Counted from the stretch's first letter, positions 1 to 9,191 are shown. The stretch is 64,000 nucleotides of DNA from Candidatus Poseidoniaceae archaeon (GCA_965662895.1 CBFIJH010000003.1:69693-133692), one strand, 5' to 3'. Numbers and translations: made by a program. The notes: generated from the letters alone by a model not told the origin.

Positions 1-526
1 TGACGCCTTCAGGAGGAAGTTCGTTTGCTGGCTCGTCACCGAGCAAGAGAACACCACAACGTGGCCACTTTGCTGCATCATCGGGCAAGTTTGCAATCAA
101 CTTGTCGAGGACTGTTGTATCGGCAACAGCGATGAGTGATGGTTCGGAATCATCCAAAATGTAGGCCCATTCGGCACCGTGCTGGTGTGTGTACATGGCG
201 GTGTATGCTGCACCGAGTGCGTTTGCTCCATAGGAAAGAGCAGCCCACTCGACGGAATTGTTGAGAATCATTGCAACTCGATCGCCAGCGTTGACTCCAA
301 CATCGCGAAGTTGCTTACCAACGGCAGCCGCAAGGTCACCGAATTCACGGTACGTTAGGTGAACACGTGGCATGCCAGGACTCGGAATGTATCCAAAACA
401 TGGATGTTCACTGAATCGCTCTGCGCTCGTCATAAGCATCTGGTAGAGTGTTCGAGGGTCGTCTCCCTCTGGCTTCTTCCATTGGCGGTCGTCAGGCTGT
501 CGTTCCCACGCAAGTTGTTGTTGCAT
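1..526 (-). CDS. AMP-dependent synthetase / long-chain fatty-acid-CoA ligase, N-terminal part (runs off window start)
   Basis: Not in ORF track. Manual translation from ATG at 526: MQQQLAWERQPDDRQW...LTYREFGDLAAAVGKQLRDVGVNAGDRVAMILNNSVEWAALSYGANALGAAYTAMY...AYILDDSEP, the typical N-terminus of ANL-family acyl-CoA ligases. Confidence 0.8.
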   Translation of the reverse strand, partial: MQQQLAWERQPDDRQWKKPEGDDPRTLYQMLMTSAERFSEHPCFGYIPSPGMPRVHLTYREFGDLAAAVGKQLRDVGVNAGDRVAMILNNSVEWAALSYGANALGAAYTAMYTHQHGAEWAYILDDSEPSLIAVADTTVLDKLIANLPDDAAKWPRCGVLLLGDEPANELPPEGV

Positions 527-570
527 AGACTATGGTGTGCATTGCTACACTTAATTTCATCCCCTACTCT

Positions 571-1308
571 TCATGGTTGGGGGATTTTTGAAATGGCATT
601 GGCTCTCCAATCCGCACCACCGTTTCGATTTGCGAGTGGCGAAGCAGGGCTTGGGTGCCACATCGAATCGATATGGACATCGGTCAGTACCGATTGAGCA
701 CGCTTTTTTGCGTAGTTGCCAACACCAACGACCGACTCGATGGCCATGATGTCAACGACCGCCTTGAGGTGTTTGTCACATGCTTTCAAAACGGGTTCAA
801 TGGTTGATTTTGGAAGATCGACAGGCGTTACATTGCGACCCGTTTCTCCAAGAATGAGAAGTGGACAGTGATTGACGACGAAGATGTTTGAAAAAATCGA
901 TTCAGTTGAACCATAATGTTCGGATAACATCGACCAGAATCTCGTTCCTGAAACTTCCTGTCGTTCCATCGATAAACCTTCAATCGGTCGTTTTGGATGT
1001 GCCCCTGGAGGTGTTCTTACGTCCCGTTCTTTGATTTGTAGAATGTCTCGAGCCATCGCAGTCGCTCCGAAAGGAACACCTGTCTGCGCCATTCCATAGG
1101 GTCCTGGATTCATGCCAAGAAGGAGCGTTGTAGCACCAAATCCGCTCCATTTGTCGATGAATTGTTCATGATAGGCCCATGCATAATCAAGAGGATTTGT
1201 GACGTGTGCGACCGATTTGTGTTTCATGATACGACCGATACCTCGATTGCAATCTTCTGAAAGGCGCAATGCTGCATCCTTCAATTGTTCCGAGATGGAT
1301 TCTACCAT
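571..1308 (-). CDS. SMUG1-type (family 3) uracil-DNA glycosylase
   Basis: Motifs NPLDYAW, LGMNPGPYGMAQTGVPFG, EVSGTRFW, HPSPASP. Confidence 0.9.
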   Translation of the reverse strand: MVESISEQLKDAALRLSEDCNRGIGRIMKHKSVAHVTNPLDYAWAYHEQFIDKWSGFGATTLLLGMNPGPYGMAQTGVPFGATAMARDILQIKERDVRTPPGAHPKRPIEGLSMERQEVSGTRFWSMLSEHYGSTESIFSNIFVVNHCPLLILGETGRNVTPVDLPKSTIEPVLKACDKHLKAVVDIMAIESVVGVGNYAKKRAQSVLTDVHIDSMWHPSPASPLANRNGGADWRANAISKIPQP

Positions 1309-1982
1309 GGAAGTTCGTCCCCTGTATACTCGAAGAATCGTCCGCTTCGCTCCTCTGTTTGTTGATTGATCAATCCAATAAGGCCTTCAACAGATACAGA
1401 AGCAGGAACGGGAGCACGTTCGCCACCCATGTCGGTCTTTGCCCAACCGGGGTGATAGGATGTCACCGTAATGTTGTCATTTTGTCCTTCCACAGCAAGG
1501 ATTTTACTGATCATGTTCAATCCAGTCTTGCTGGTCCGGTACGCATATGATCGACCGCTCATACAATCATCAATCGAACCCATCAGGCTTGAAATGTTGG
1601 CAATCTTGGTTGGCATTGAACCTTGAAGCAGTGGCCAGAGTGCTTGTGAAACTCGTAATGGGCCAATGGTGTTCACGTTCAAAACATCGAGTGAGATTTC
1701 TGGATCAACCTCCTCAATGGATTGCCATCGTCCATCCATGCGACCTGCATTGTTGACGAGAACATCGATTGAATCCGTAACTGATTTGATATGATTCGCG
1801 AATTCTTTGACAGATGCTGTCGAGGCAACATCGAGTTGAAACACAGTCAATTGCGCATGTTCAAATTCCATTGCTTTAGGATCACGAACACCTGCAAGAA
1901 CCGTGTGTCCATCTGCAAGGAGTTGCTTCGCAAATTCAAGCCCTAGTCCTCTGTTTGCACCAGTAATGACCCATGTCGCCAT
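1302..1982 (-). CDS. Short-chain dehydrogenase/reductase (CsgA/C-factor-like)
   Basis: TGANRGLG Rossmann motif, NNAG, YRTSK catalytic motif, HPGW.KTDMGG. Confidence 0.9.
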   Translation of the reverse strand: MATWVITGANRGLGLEFAKQLLADGHTVLAGVRDPKAMEFEHAQLTVFQLDVASTASVKEFANHIKSVTDSIDVLVNNAGRMDGRWQSIEEVDPEISLDVLNVNTIGPLRVSQALWPLLQGSMPTKIANISSLMGSIDDCMSGRSYAYRTSKTGLNMISKILAVEGQNDNITVTSYHPGWAKTDMGGERAPVPASVSVEGLIGLINQQTEERSGRFFEYTGDELPW

Positions 1983-2013
1983 AGGGATACGTGGTCAAGG
2001 GGATTCATTGAGG

Positions 2014-3771
2014 TTACTTGTCGCTCAATACGGACAACATGATGGAATCGAGATTGACCTTTGCCGCATCAAAAATTGCTTCAAGCGATGGATTCTCCTG
2101 CTTACGTTTTAATTTCGCACGAGATGAAATGAGATTCCACGCTGCCTTTTTTCCAATACCCGGTATGGCTTCAAGCTGCTTTTCTGTAACTGTATTAATG
2201 TTCAAATCTGTCTCAACACCCGTGATTGAACGTGCGCCATGTCCTGTAATCATAATGTCCGATGTCGTTTCAAGCGGAATGTGATATGTAACGCCAATGA
2301 GGATTGGATATGCACCAATTTGACGACCGAAGGTAAGTCCTGCACGTCCATGGATACGCTTCCCAACGTGTTCTTCTGTAAGGTGGACAGGTAAACGCGT
2401 TCGCCCATCGTGGGTTTCCCAATGCACATCTTTGAGAACATGACCTAGAGGAAACAATTCTTGCAGTAGTGGTGAATCGATGGTCTCACGTACAGCCGAT
2501 TTGAACCGCTTGAACTCAACTTCTGGAATGTCTTGGAAACCGTCTCCCTCAACTTGCCGAATGTTGATTCTTCGCAACAAAAGTCCTTCATTCCTCAAGG
2601 ATTGAAGCAGGTTTAGATTCATTTCATAGGTTTCAGGACGTTCTCCATTGAGGCCCGCAATAAAATTCAGTCCTGGTAGGAGTTTGGGAAGTCCCCGTTC
2701 ACCTCGTTCACGACCGTATTGATTGATGAGTCGAAGTGCTGTCTTCAATTGATTGGAATCACAATTCAACCAATTTTCAGCATGGACATTTGGATCGGCT
2801 GACTCAAGACCGAACGATAAGACCGCACCATCTGAGAGTGTTTCAACCAACGTTTTCGTAATTTCAGTCGAAGGTTCGATGTTCTCTGCGATAATGGATG
2901 GATTCCCGTTATCGGTATGGAGAATCTTCAACCGCTCATCTTCTCGTAATCCATGAAGCAGTTTGGCAATAGGTTCAGGATTTGGAATTGGATATTCAAG
3001 TTCCTTCACGCCGTCAGCCATGTAGGTGTAGGTGTCTGTCATTCCACCGAGTCGAACATGCTGAACTCCGGCATCATGAGCGAGTTTAACCTCTCGGATG
3101 ATGTCTTCGGGCGTTCGCCAAATCGGAACACCTTTTTTTGGTTCGATGCAAAATTTGCATCCACGCTTGAATCGCACGCAGCCTTGGTAGACCTCTACCT
3201 CATAGGTCAGGGGGCCTTTCTTTTGCTCCATACCCAAATCAGGATGCTGCACGACGGCTTTGCTCTGTGCGCCAAGGTGTGCCCATGTTGTCCATTCCTC
3301 GCTTGTTCTCCGCTCATGTTTCCATGTCCCTGTATTGAGGAATTGATGCAAGGTTGCATCGGTATCTTGAACAGACAAGAAGAGATTACTCCGAAGCGGT
3401 AACCATCCTTGTTGCTTCCAACCGCGAACGGCCCACCCGCCAAACAATGCAGGAATGTCGCGGGGCAGAGATCGAATCAGCTCAGTCGACTCTCTGCGAG
3501 ATATCGGCGTTCCTCGAATGTAACGGCCAGGAACAACAGCACCAGCGATGCAAACGAATCCTTCCAATTCTCTGAGAATCCGGTCTTGTTCTTGCTCGGA
3601 GCATAATCGCCACTGATCGATGGTCATGTATGTGTAATCGATGTTGTGCTGTTCGAGAACTCCACAAACATAGCGAATATGAAAACCGACGTATGGAGGA
3701 ACACCAAAAGCGGCTGGTTCGTCCTCGTACCCATCGAGAACGAGCCAAGAAGGAGAATCGTTCTCTACCAT
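2014..3771 (-). CDS. Radical SAM enzyme with C-terminal helix-hairpin-helix (COG1031-like)
   Basis: LDGYEDEPAAFGVPPY N-terminus, CVRFKRGCKFC cluster motif, SFGLESAD, GRQIGAYPIL, C-terminal INT...LEAIPGIGKK HhH. Confidence 0.85.
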   Translation of the reverse strand: MVENDSPSWLVLDGYEDEPAAFGVPPYVGFHIRYVCGVLEQHNIDYTYMTIDQWRLCSEQEQDRILRELEGFVCIAGAVVPGRYIRGTPISRRESTELIRSLPRDIPALFGGWAVRGWKQQGWLPLRSNLFLSVQDTDATLHQFLNTGTWKHERRTSEEWTTWAHLGAQSKAVVQHPDLGMEQKKGPLTYEVEVYQGCVRFKRGCKFCIEPKKGVPIWRTPEDIIREVKLAHDAGVQHVRLGGMTDTYTYMADGVKELEYPIPNPEPIAKLLHGLREDERLKILHTDNGNPSIIAENIEPSTEITKTLVETLSDGAVLSFGLESADPNVHAENWLNCDSNQLKTALRLINQYGRERGERGLPKLLPGLNFIAGLNGERPETYEMNLNLLQSLRNEGLLLRRINIRQVEGDGFQDIPEVEFKRFKSAVRETIDSPLLQELFPLGHVLKDVHWETHDGRTRLPVHLTEEHVGKRIHGRAGLTFGRQIGAYPILIGVTYHIPLETTSDIMITGHGARSITGVETDLNINTVTEKQLEAIPGIGKKAAWNLISSRAKLKRKQENPSLEAIFDAAKVNLDSIMLSVLSDK

Positions 3772-3850
3772 GCTGCTCGTCTTGGCTACCGATTGATAGC
3801 ATTATGTCCACAAACGTCGATGACAATTGATATTTTGAGGGAAAGAATCT

Positions 3851-5200
3851 TCATCGATTCTTCTTTTTCTTTTCTTCGGCAATGGCTTTCATTTCTCGAG
3901 AGGATTTCCCACCGCGAGGCTCTTTCTTTCCACCGGATTGCGAAATGTCAACTTTTAATCGTCGACCGTTGAGTTCTTTCCCGTTGAGGGCTTTAACGAC
4001 GTCATCACCCTTGTCTTTCTCATTGATAAAGACGAAAGCGAATCCTTTCGGTTTGCCGCCTTTGTCCGTTGCGATGGCAATTTCATTGATCGTCGCTGCA
4101 TCACCAAAGAATGCAGTAATCGCCTTTTCATCCGCATCGAATGGCAGGTTACCGACGTAGAGTTTCAATCCCTTTGCCGGTCCTTTCGAACGCTTTTCTT
4201 TGTTGTCAGCATCTCGAACACCAATGCGACGTCCATGCAAGCGATGTCCATCAAGTTCCTTGATTGCAGCCTCAGCGTGTGATTTTTCCGTGTACGTTAC
4301 AAATCCAAATCCTCTTGATGCTCCTGAATCATCGGTCATGACAATGCAATCCGTCATGTCACCATGCTTGCCAAAGAGTTCGCGAAGTTTTTCTGTGTCG
4401 ACCTCTCGAGGAAGCCCTCCAACGAACAAGCGGCACCCTGGCGCTGCTCTCTGTCGACGACCTCCACTCTGACCTTGGCCTACAAACCGGAAATACGTTC
4501 GCTCTCGCCCATCTTCACGGACGTCAGCAGCAATGTATGTTGCGCGACCAGAGGAACCATGAGCAAACAGTTGTTCAGCCTCCTTGCCCCAACGCTTTCC
4601 CGAGAGGTTCAATGTGGAGGCACCTTGCTCCAATTCGGCCCAACCAGCACCGAAGTTATCAGCAAGTGCACGATAACCTTCGTATTCGCACGTTGGACAA
4701 GCAACGTTCCAATCACCGTTGACATGCGCCTCGAGGGTATCTCCACAGGGGGGACAAATTGCATGCAAAACGCCACAATCATCTCGTTCTCGGAAATCGA
4801 GTCGAACAACGGGTTCAATTTCGGTGACAATCGCACGCGCAACATCTCTTCGTCGTACTGCATCCGCAACGGTGTGAAGGAAGCGATCGACGATTCTCGT
4901 GACGTGGAAGTGTCCGTGGAGCTGATGCGGAAGAACGTCCCCGCTCTTTCCTTCGACGGCGAGGATGCGTGCTTCACCACCCTTTTCTTGCAGTTTTTCG
5001 AATTGGCACAGGACTGTGTCACCAATCTGAATGTTAACAATGGATTTTGTAGCGTCAACGATGATGTGTTCGTCTTCAATGCGCATGTAGCCCGTTGTTG
5101 TTGCCACGATGTGGTCATCAACAGTGGTTGTTCCTTCGCCAGCTCGATGTTTGCCGACGGTTCCAATTCTTGTTCCTGGGGTGACGAGGCTCGTCGTCAT
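3851..5200 (-). CDS. csl4: Exosome cap subunit Csl4 fused to two C-terminal RRM domains
   Basis: N-terminus VTPGTRIG...AGEGT, S1-like region, GVLHAICPPC...CPTC Zn ribbon; then LFVGGL/RGFGFVTY and LYVGNL/KGFAFVFI RNP2/RNP1 pairs. Lies directly downstream of a METTL5-type gene, the usual csl4 neighbour. Start could be 5218 or 5200. Confidence 0.8.
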   Translation of the reverse strand: MTTSLVTPGTRIGTVGKHRAGEGTTTVDDHIVATTTGYMRIEDEHIIVDATKSIVNIQIGDTVLCQFEKLQEKGGEARILAVEGKSGDVLPHQLHGHFHVTRIVDRFLHTVADAVRRRDVARAIVTEIEPVVRLDFRERDDCGVLHAICPPCGDTLEAHVNGDWNVACPTCEYEGYRALADNFGAGWAELEQGASTLNLSGKRWGKEAEQLFAHGSSGRATYIAADVREDGRERTYFRFVGQGQSGGRRQRAAPGCRLFVGGLPREVDTEKLRELFGKHGDMTDCIVMTDDSGASRGFGFVTYTEKSHAEAAIKELDGHRLHGRRIGVRDADNKEKRSKGPAKGLKLYVGNLPFDADEKAITAFFGDAATINEIAIATDKGGKPKGFAFVFINEKDKGDDVVKALNGKELNGRRLKVDISQSGGKKEPRGGKSSREMKAIAEEKKKKNR

Positions 5201-5296
5201 ATTTTCAACTCGCTGCACAAGCTGCCGATGTATCGACGCGTTGTGCTATTTTGATGCGAGCGATGCTCCCTTTTCAACCCCTCACATAGGTTTGCA

Positions 5297-5917
5297 TCAT
5301 TTTTTCTTCTCGAGACGATAGCATCGTATGCGGGTCGAAGCCTTGTTTTTTGAGTGATGAGCATAGGCAGCAGGTAGGCGAAAATCGTCCTGATAAATTG
5401 AATGCAACGCATAGCCATTGTTGTGAGCAAGGGGTAAAAGATGCTCAGCACCAATGCTGTGAAGAAAATGAATAATCGGTATTTGCATTGCAAAAACCGT
5501 CTCAAAAAACACACGATCTGCGCGTTGGGTTTGAACACCCCACGGAGGGTTCATGATGGCAATGTCAACGGATTTTTGCAAGTCGATTGGACTTCCGATA
5601 ACGGTCTGTTCGAGTACCGTGCACATTGAATCACCCTCGACATCCTGGACATTTTTTCTCAAGACATCGACGGTTGTTGCGTCACACTCGATCAGCGTAA
5701 CGTGGGCTGCGCCAAGAAAGGCTGCACCTATTCCCAGAACTCCATTTCCAGCACCGAGGTCGAGAACGTGTTTCCCTTCGAATCCATCACCAAGATTGAT
5801 TTTGGTTAACCATGCAGCGGCTAGGTTCCCTTCAGTTGGATACTGTTCAAGTTCAACGGAGTTGCATGGGTGTGGAGAAAGTGACGAAAGGCGCATCGCA
5901 AGATGCCGTTGACGCAT
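5297..5917 (-). CDS. METTL5-family N6-adenine RNA methyltransferase
   Basis: LEQYPT motif, VLDLGAGNGVLG SAM motif, MNPPWG catalytic motif, Y.HH near C-terminus. Confidence 0.88.
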   Translation of the reverse strand: MRQRHLAMRLSSLSPHPCNSVELEQYPTEGNLAAAWLTKINLGDGFEGKHVLDLGAGNGVLGIGAAFLGAAHVTLIECDATTVDVLRKNVQDVEGDSMCTVLEQTVIGSPIDLQKSVDIAIMNPPWGVQTQRADRVFFETVFAMQIPIIHFLHSIGAEHLLPLAHNNGYALHSIYQDDFRLPAAYAHHSKNKASTRIRCYRLEKKK

Positions 5918-5921
5918 GCAT

Positions 5922-6164
5922 TCACCAACGTCGCTGTTGACCGAATTGTTGGTTGTTGAATTGTTGTTGCTGTTGCATCTGAGCGGCGTACTGAGCCTGT
6001 TGCATGGCTTGTTGATTGCTCATCATCAAAGCGATTTGACGAATCTGCTCTGCTTCCATTCGAAGACGTTGGATGAGTTGCTCACCAGGTTGTTGGTTGC
6101 CACAGAACCTACAAAATCGCATTCCATCGTGCAGGGATTGTCCACAAGCCACACAGAACGCCAT
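5922..6164 (-). CDS. Small zinc-ribbon protein with Gln-rich tail
   Basis: FCVACG...RFCRFCG at N-terminus, then helical and Q-rich C-terminus; GGTGA-like SD upstream. Confidence 0.75.
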   Translation of the reverse strand: MAFCVACGQSLHDGMRFCRFCGNQQPGEQLIQRLRMEAEQIRQIALMMSNQQAMQQAQYAAQMQQQQQFNNQQFGQQRRW

Positions 6165-6207
6165 CGTCTCACCTAATATTTGCTACCCGTCTTCCAATTT
6201 GAACCTT

Positions 6208-7263
6208 TCATTGAACTGCTGTTAGTTCCATGAACACTGGCCATGTTTCAAACCCAACCGCAGCGGCTCGTTCATTGATAGATTCCCAGCGAGGATCATC
6301 AACCATATCACTCGGTTCAACACCATTTCCAAGCAGTTCAGTGACCAGAGCACGGAATTCAATTTCGATTTCAGTTTGTGGCTGTTCAGCATCGGCTTGA
6401 GGAGCAAGTTCAGCTTCTTCCTCTGCGATTGCTGGAGGCGGTGAAGTCTGCAATTCCTTCAATTCGTCTCCTGCTGCTTGCATTTCTTCAAATCCATCGG
6501 TCGTCGCTTTGGTAATAGCCTCGCTCACAGACTGTGGTCCCTCATCTCCATCCGATTCGATTGTTGGGAGCGGTACTGATGTCTGTGCAGGTATTGTTAC
6601 CTCGCTGGCTTCGACGTGTGAAGGTGCAGGCGCAACTTCGACCTCTTCTGGAATTTGTTCCTCGACAACAACGGGCTCGGGCGTCGCAGGTTCGCTTGCT
6701 CTCCCCACGCCGAGGACTTCGGCTTGTTGTCGAGCCAACTCAGCAGCCTGTCGACGAGGAAGACTAACGAAGCACTTGTTGGGAATGGATGAAGGTGGAA
6801 ATGGAAGGTAGTACCGTTCGATTGCTGGGAGACTTGGGTGTCTGAAACAAATCATCGTGATGTTCTCAAATGCTCGTTGTGCAGGGACATCAACCGAAAA
6901 CGGGACGGGATGGACCGATATCGAACCGCGAACCCACTTTTCGCTCGTGACCATGTGCTGCATCCATGGGCCCAAATCGGATGTTGCAAGATCGAGGAAC
7001 TGGAAAGAAGCATCTCTTGGATTCAATCCTTGCTCTTCCAACAAGCGGGCTTCTGCTCGTGGTCGATGAAAAACCCCAATGACGGGTTGTCCATGCTCGA
7101 CCATATCGCCATGCATTTCGATAATTTTTCGCTCTTTTCGTGGACAGATGATCATCACTTGCATTCGCAATGCATCAGAGTCGAAGATGTCGCCCCAGCG
7201 ATCCTCTGCTTCGGAGAGAAGGCCACCGATGGTTGTGCCCGGAATCATTGCTGTTATTCCCAT
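6208..7263 (-). CDS. Hypothetical protein (globular N-domain, acidic Pro/Glu linker, small C-terminal helical domain)
   Basis: 351-aa ORF co-oriented between asd and the Zn-ribbon gene with short spacers; no family recognised. Confidence 0.7.
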   Translation of the reverse strand: MGITAMIPGTTIGGLLSEAEDRWGDIFDSDALRMQVMIICPRKERKIIEMHGDMVEHGQPVIGVFHRPRAEARLLEEQGLNPRDASFQFLDLATSDLGPWMQHMVTSEKWVRGSISVHPVPFSVDVPAQRAFENITMICFRHPSLPAIERYYLPFPPSSIPNKCFVSLPRRQAAELARQQAEVLGVGRASEPATPEPVVVEEQIPEEVEVAPAPSHVEASEVTIPAQTSVPLPTIESDGDEGPQSVSEAITKATTDGFEEMQAAGDELKELQTSPPPAIAEEEAELAPQADAEQPQTEIEIEFRALVTELLGNGVEPSDMVDDPRWESINERAAAVGFETWPVFMELTAVQ

Positions 7264-7267
7264 GTGC

Positions 7268-8365
7268 TCACGATTCCGATGAAGAAGAGGAGGGATTTAG
7301 GTCTACTGATGGAATCAGATTGTTGAAGTGTGCCAACTCTGCAAGAAGGAGTACGCCTCCTGCGGCGCCGCGAATCGTATTGTGGGAGAGTGCTTGGAAA
7401 GAAACAATACCTTGTTCCACCGAAACAAGATGAACAGTCGTTGTCATGCCTGCTTTGAGGTCAATCGATGGACGAATACCATCAAGCGTTTTTCCGTTCC
7501 ACAGATCACGGTCTCGTCGTGGCTTTGTGTCAATTATGACCATCGGAGCCTTGGGCTGACTTGGAAGAGGAACGATGCGATCTTGAAGGGTCGAATTGAG
7601 TTGCGTTTGTACGGAGTTAAATGATGGGCTATTGGCGACATGGACTTGGACGTTGACGATGTGGCCATCCACTTCATCCACCCGCTTGCATTGAACATCC
7701 CATTCGATGCCCTTCAAGTCGAGAATCCGCTCTGCCTCTTCCACGATTTTTTCGGCTTCGCCTGGAATTTCTTTCCCGACAGCATTCCTTCGTTGTTCAT
7801 CGTCAATGAGGAGTTTCCACCCTGCTCCAGAAAGCGCCTGCTTACTCCGAACTACAACCTTGGTAATGGTGTGGTGTTCCGAAAGAATCGAGAGTGGGTG
7901 GAGGAGCGGAATAAGCGTGCAGTTTGTCGCACATGCATGCAGGGCTCGATGTGCAGAAGAGCGAACCAGTGCCTCTGGATTGACATCAGCTACGACGAGT
8001 GGTACATCTTGATGCATGCGATAAGCACTTGCATTGGAAAAGACGTCGATGCCGGCGTCAACAAGTCTCTTTTCAATTTGCAGAGCAGGCGCACTTGGCA
8101 AAGCACTGAAGGCGATCTGGACTTCTGCATCCAACAATTTTTCCTCGAGTTGGGGATGATGAATATCGAGAATTTTGATGCTACTCTCAGCAAGAAATGC
8201 GGTTTGATCCTGCTCAAGATGCCAGTCAATTTTTGAGAGTTTCATGCCACTCTTTCGGCCTGCTACTGCGACAAGTTCAAACCACGGGTGGTTTGAGAGC
8301 CGCTGTTGCATACGTTGTGAAACGAGGCCTGAAGCACCGAGTATCGCAACTCGAAGCCTTCGCAT
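7268..8365 (-). CDS. asd: Aspartate-semialdehyde dehydrogenase (archaeal type)
   Basis: LGASGLV, HPWF, SNASAYRM..DVPL, catalytic NCT, QALSGAG, HNTIRGAAG. Confidence 0.85.
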   Translation of the reverse strand: MRRLRVAILGASGLVSQRMQQRLSNHPWFELVAVAGRKSGMKLSKIDWHLEQDQTAFLAESSIKILDIHHPQLEEKLLDAEVQIAFSALPSAPALQIEKRLVDAGIDVFSNASAYRMHQDVPLVVADVNPEALVRSSAHRALHACATNCTLIPLLHPLSILSEHHTITKVVVRSKQALSGAGWKLLIDDEQRRNAVGKEIPGEAEKIVEEAERILDLKGIEWDVQCKRVDEVDGHIVNVQVHVANSPSFNSVQTQLNSTLQDRIVPLPSQPKAPMVIIDTKPRRDRDLWNGKTLDGIRPSIDLKAGMTTTVHLVSVEQGIVSFQALSHNTIRGAAGGVLLLAELAHFNNLIPSVDLNPSSSSSES

Positions 8366-8456
8366 GACAAACAACTAGGCTCCGTTGATTTAGTCCCTTG
8401 CTTTCGGAATTTGCCTCAAAGCATATGTTCAAGTGCTAAACGGCTAAGGCGTAGTC

Positions 8457-8897
8457 ATGGAGAGCACATCTACCATCGAAGCCTTTGCCCATTGTGACGG
8501 CCCATGTGGCGTCTACGACCCTGCTAGCGCACGTGTTGCTGCTGAAGCAGTTCAATCCATGACCAAGAAAATGGTTGCCTTGAGCAGCAGTGATGCAGAC
8601 AAGTCATCTGCATCCTACATCAACACCATGAGCCGCTATGCCGCAATCAAGGAAGAGGAAGCACAAACATGCAAGGATGAACTTCTCGTCCTCTGGACAG
8701 ATTTTTTCAAACCTCAACACCTTGAATCCAACCCTGATCTTCACACAACATTCTGGATGGCCGCAAAACTTTGCTCAGCGTGCAAGGTCGAAGTCTCCGA
8801 ACAACACGCCCAAGAATTGATGGACGCCGTTGAAGCAATTCACACGATGTTTTGGGCGACCAAGGGACGTGAAGTTTCTTGGGTTCGTGCAAGTTGA
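8457..8897 (+). CDS. sodN: Nickel superoxide dismutase precursor
   Basis: Ni-hook HCDGPCGVYDPA after an 11-aa leader; LWTDFFK and FW.TK motifs. Confidence 0.95.
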   Translation: MESTSTIEAFAHCDGPCGVYDPASARVAAEAVQSMTKKMVALSSSDADKSSASYINTMSRYAAIKEEEAQTCKDELLVLWTDFFKPQHLESNPDLHTTFWMAAKLCSACKVEVSEQHAQELMDAVEAIHTMFWATKGREVSWVRAS

Positions 8898-8906
8898 GGC
8901 GATTCC

Positions 8907-9191
8907 TTGGAATCAATTGCTGTAGTCATAAACGGCGACAGCATGTGGCCTTCTCTGAAAGACGGAGATGCAATTGAAGTCACACCTTATCGAGGACAGG
9001 GGCTTTATGTGAACGACATTGTTGTTTTCAAAGACCCTCGAGTTGAATCCCGAATCTGCGTGAAACGCGTCAAACGAATTGAATCGGATGGATTGTTCGT
9101 GGAAGGTGATAACCCTGACCCTACGGCTTCCACAGATTCCCATAACTACGGGTTGATACGACTGCAATTACTCATTGGTTTCAAACGATAA
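8907..9191 (+). CDS. sodX: NiSOD maturation protease (S26 family)
   Basis: GDSMWPSL, VKRV, EGDN...STDSH.YG; immediately downstream of sodN. Confidence 0.88.
   Translation: MESIAVVINGDSMWPSLKDGDAIEVTPYRGQGLYVNDIVVFKDPRVESRICVKRVKRIESDGLFVEGDNPDPTASTDSHNYGLIRLQLLIGFKR

Noticed and set aside
4364-5254. 296-aa plus-strand ORF
   Set aside because: Antisense shadow of csl4-RRM with no motifs
5930-6030. TGT/TGC-rich triplet repeat as a microsatellite or array
   Set aside because: Explained by Gln codons of the Zn-ribbon gene on the minus strand
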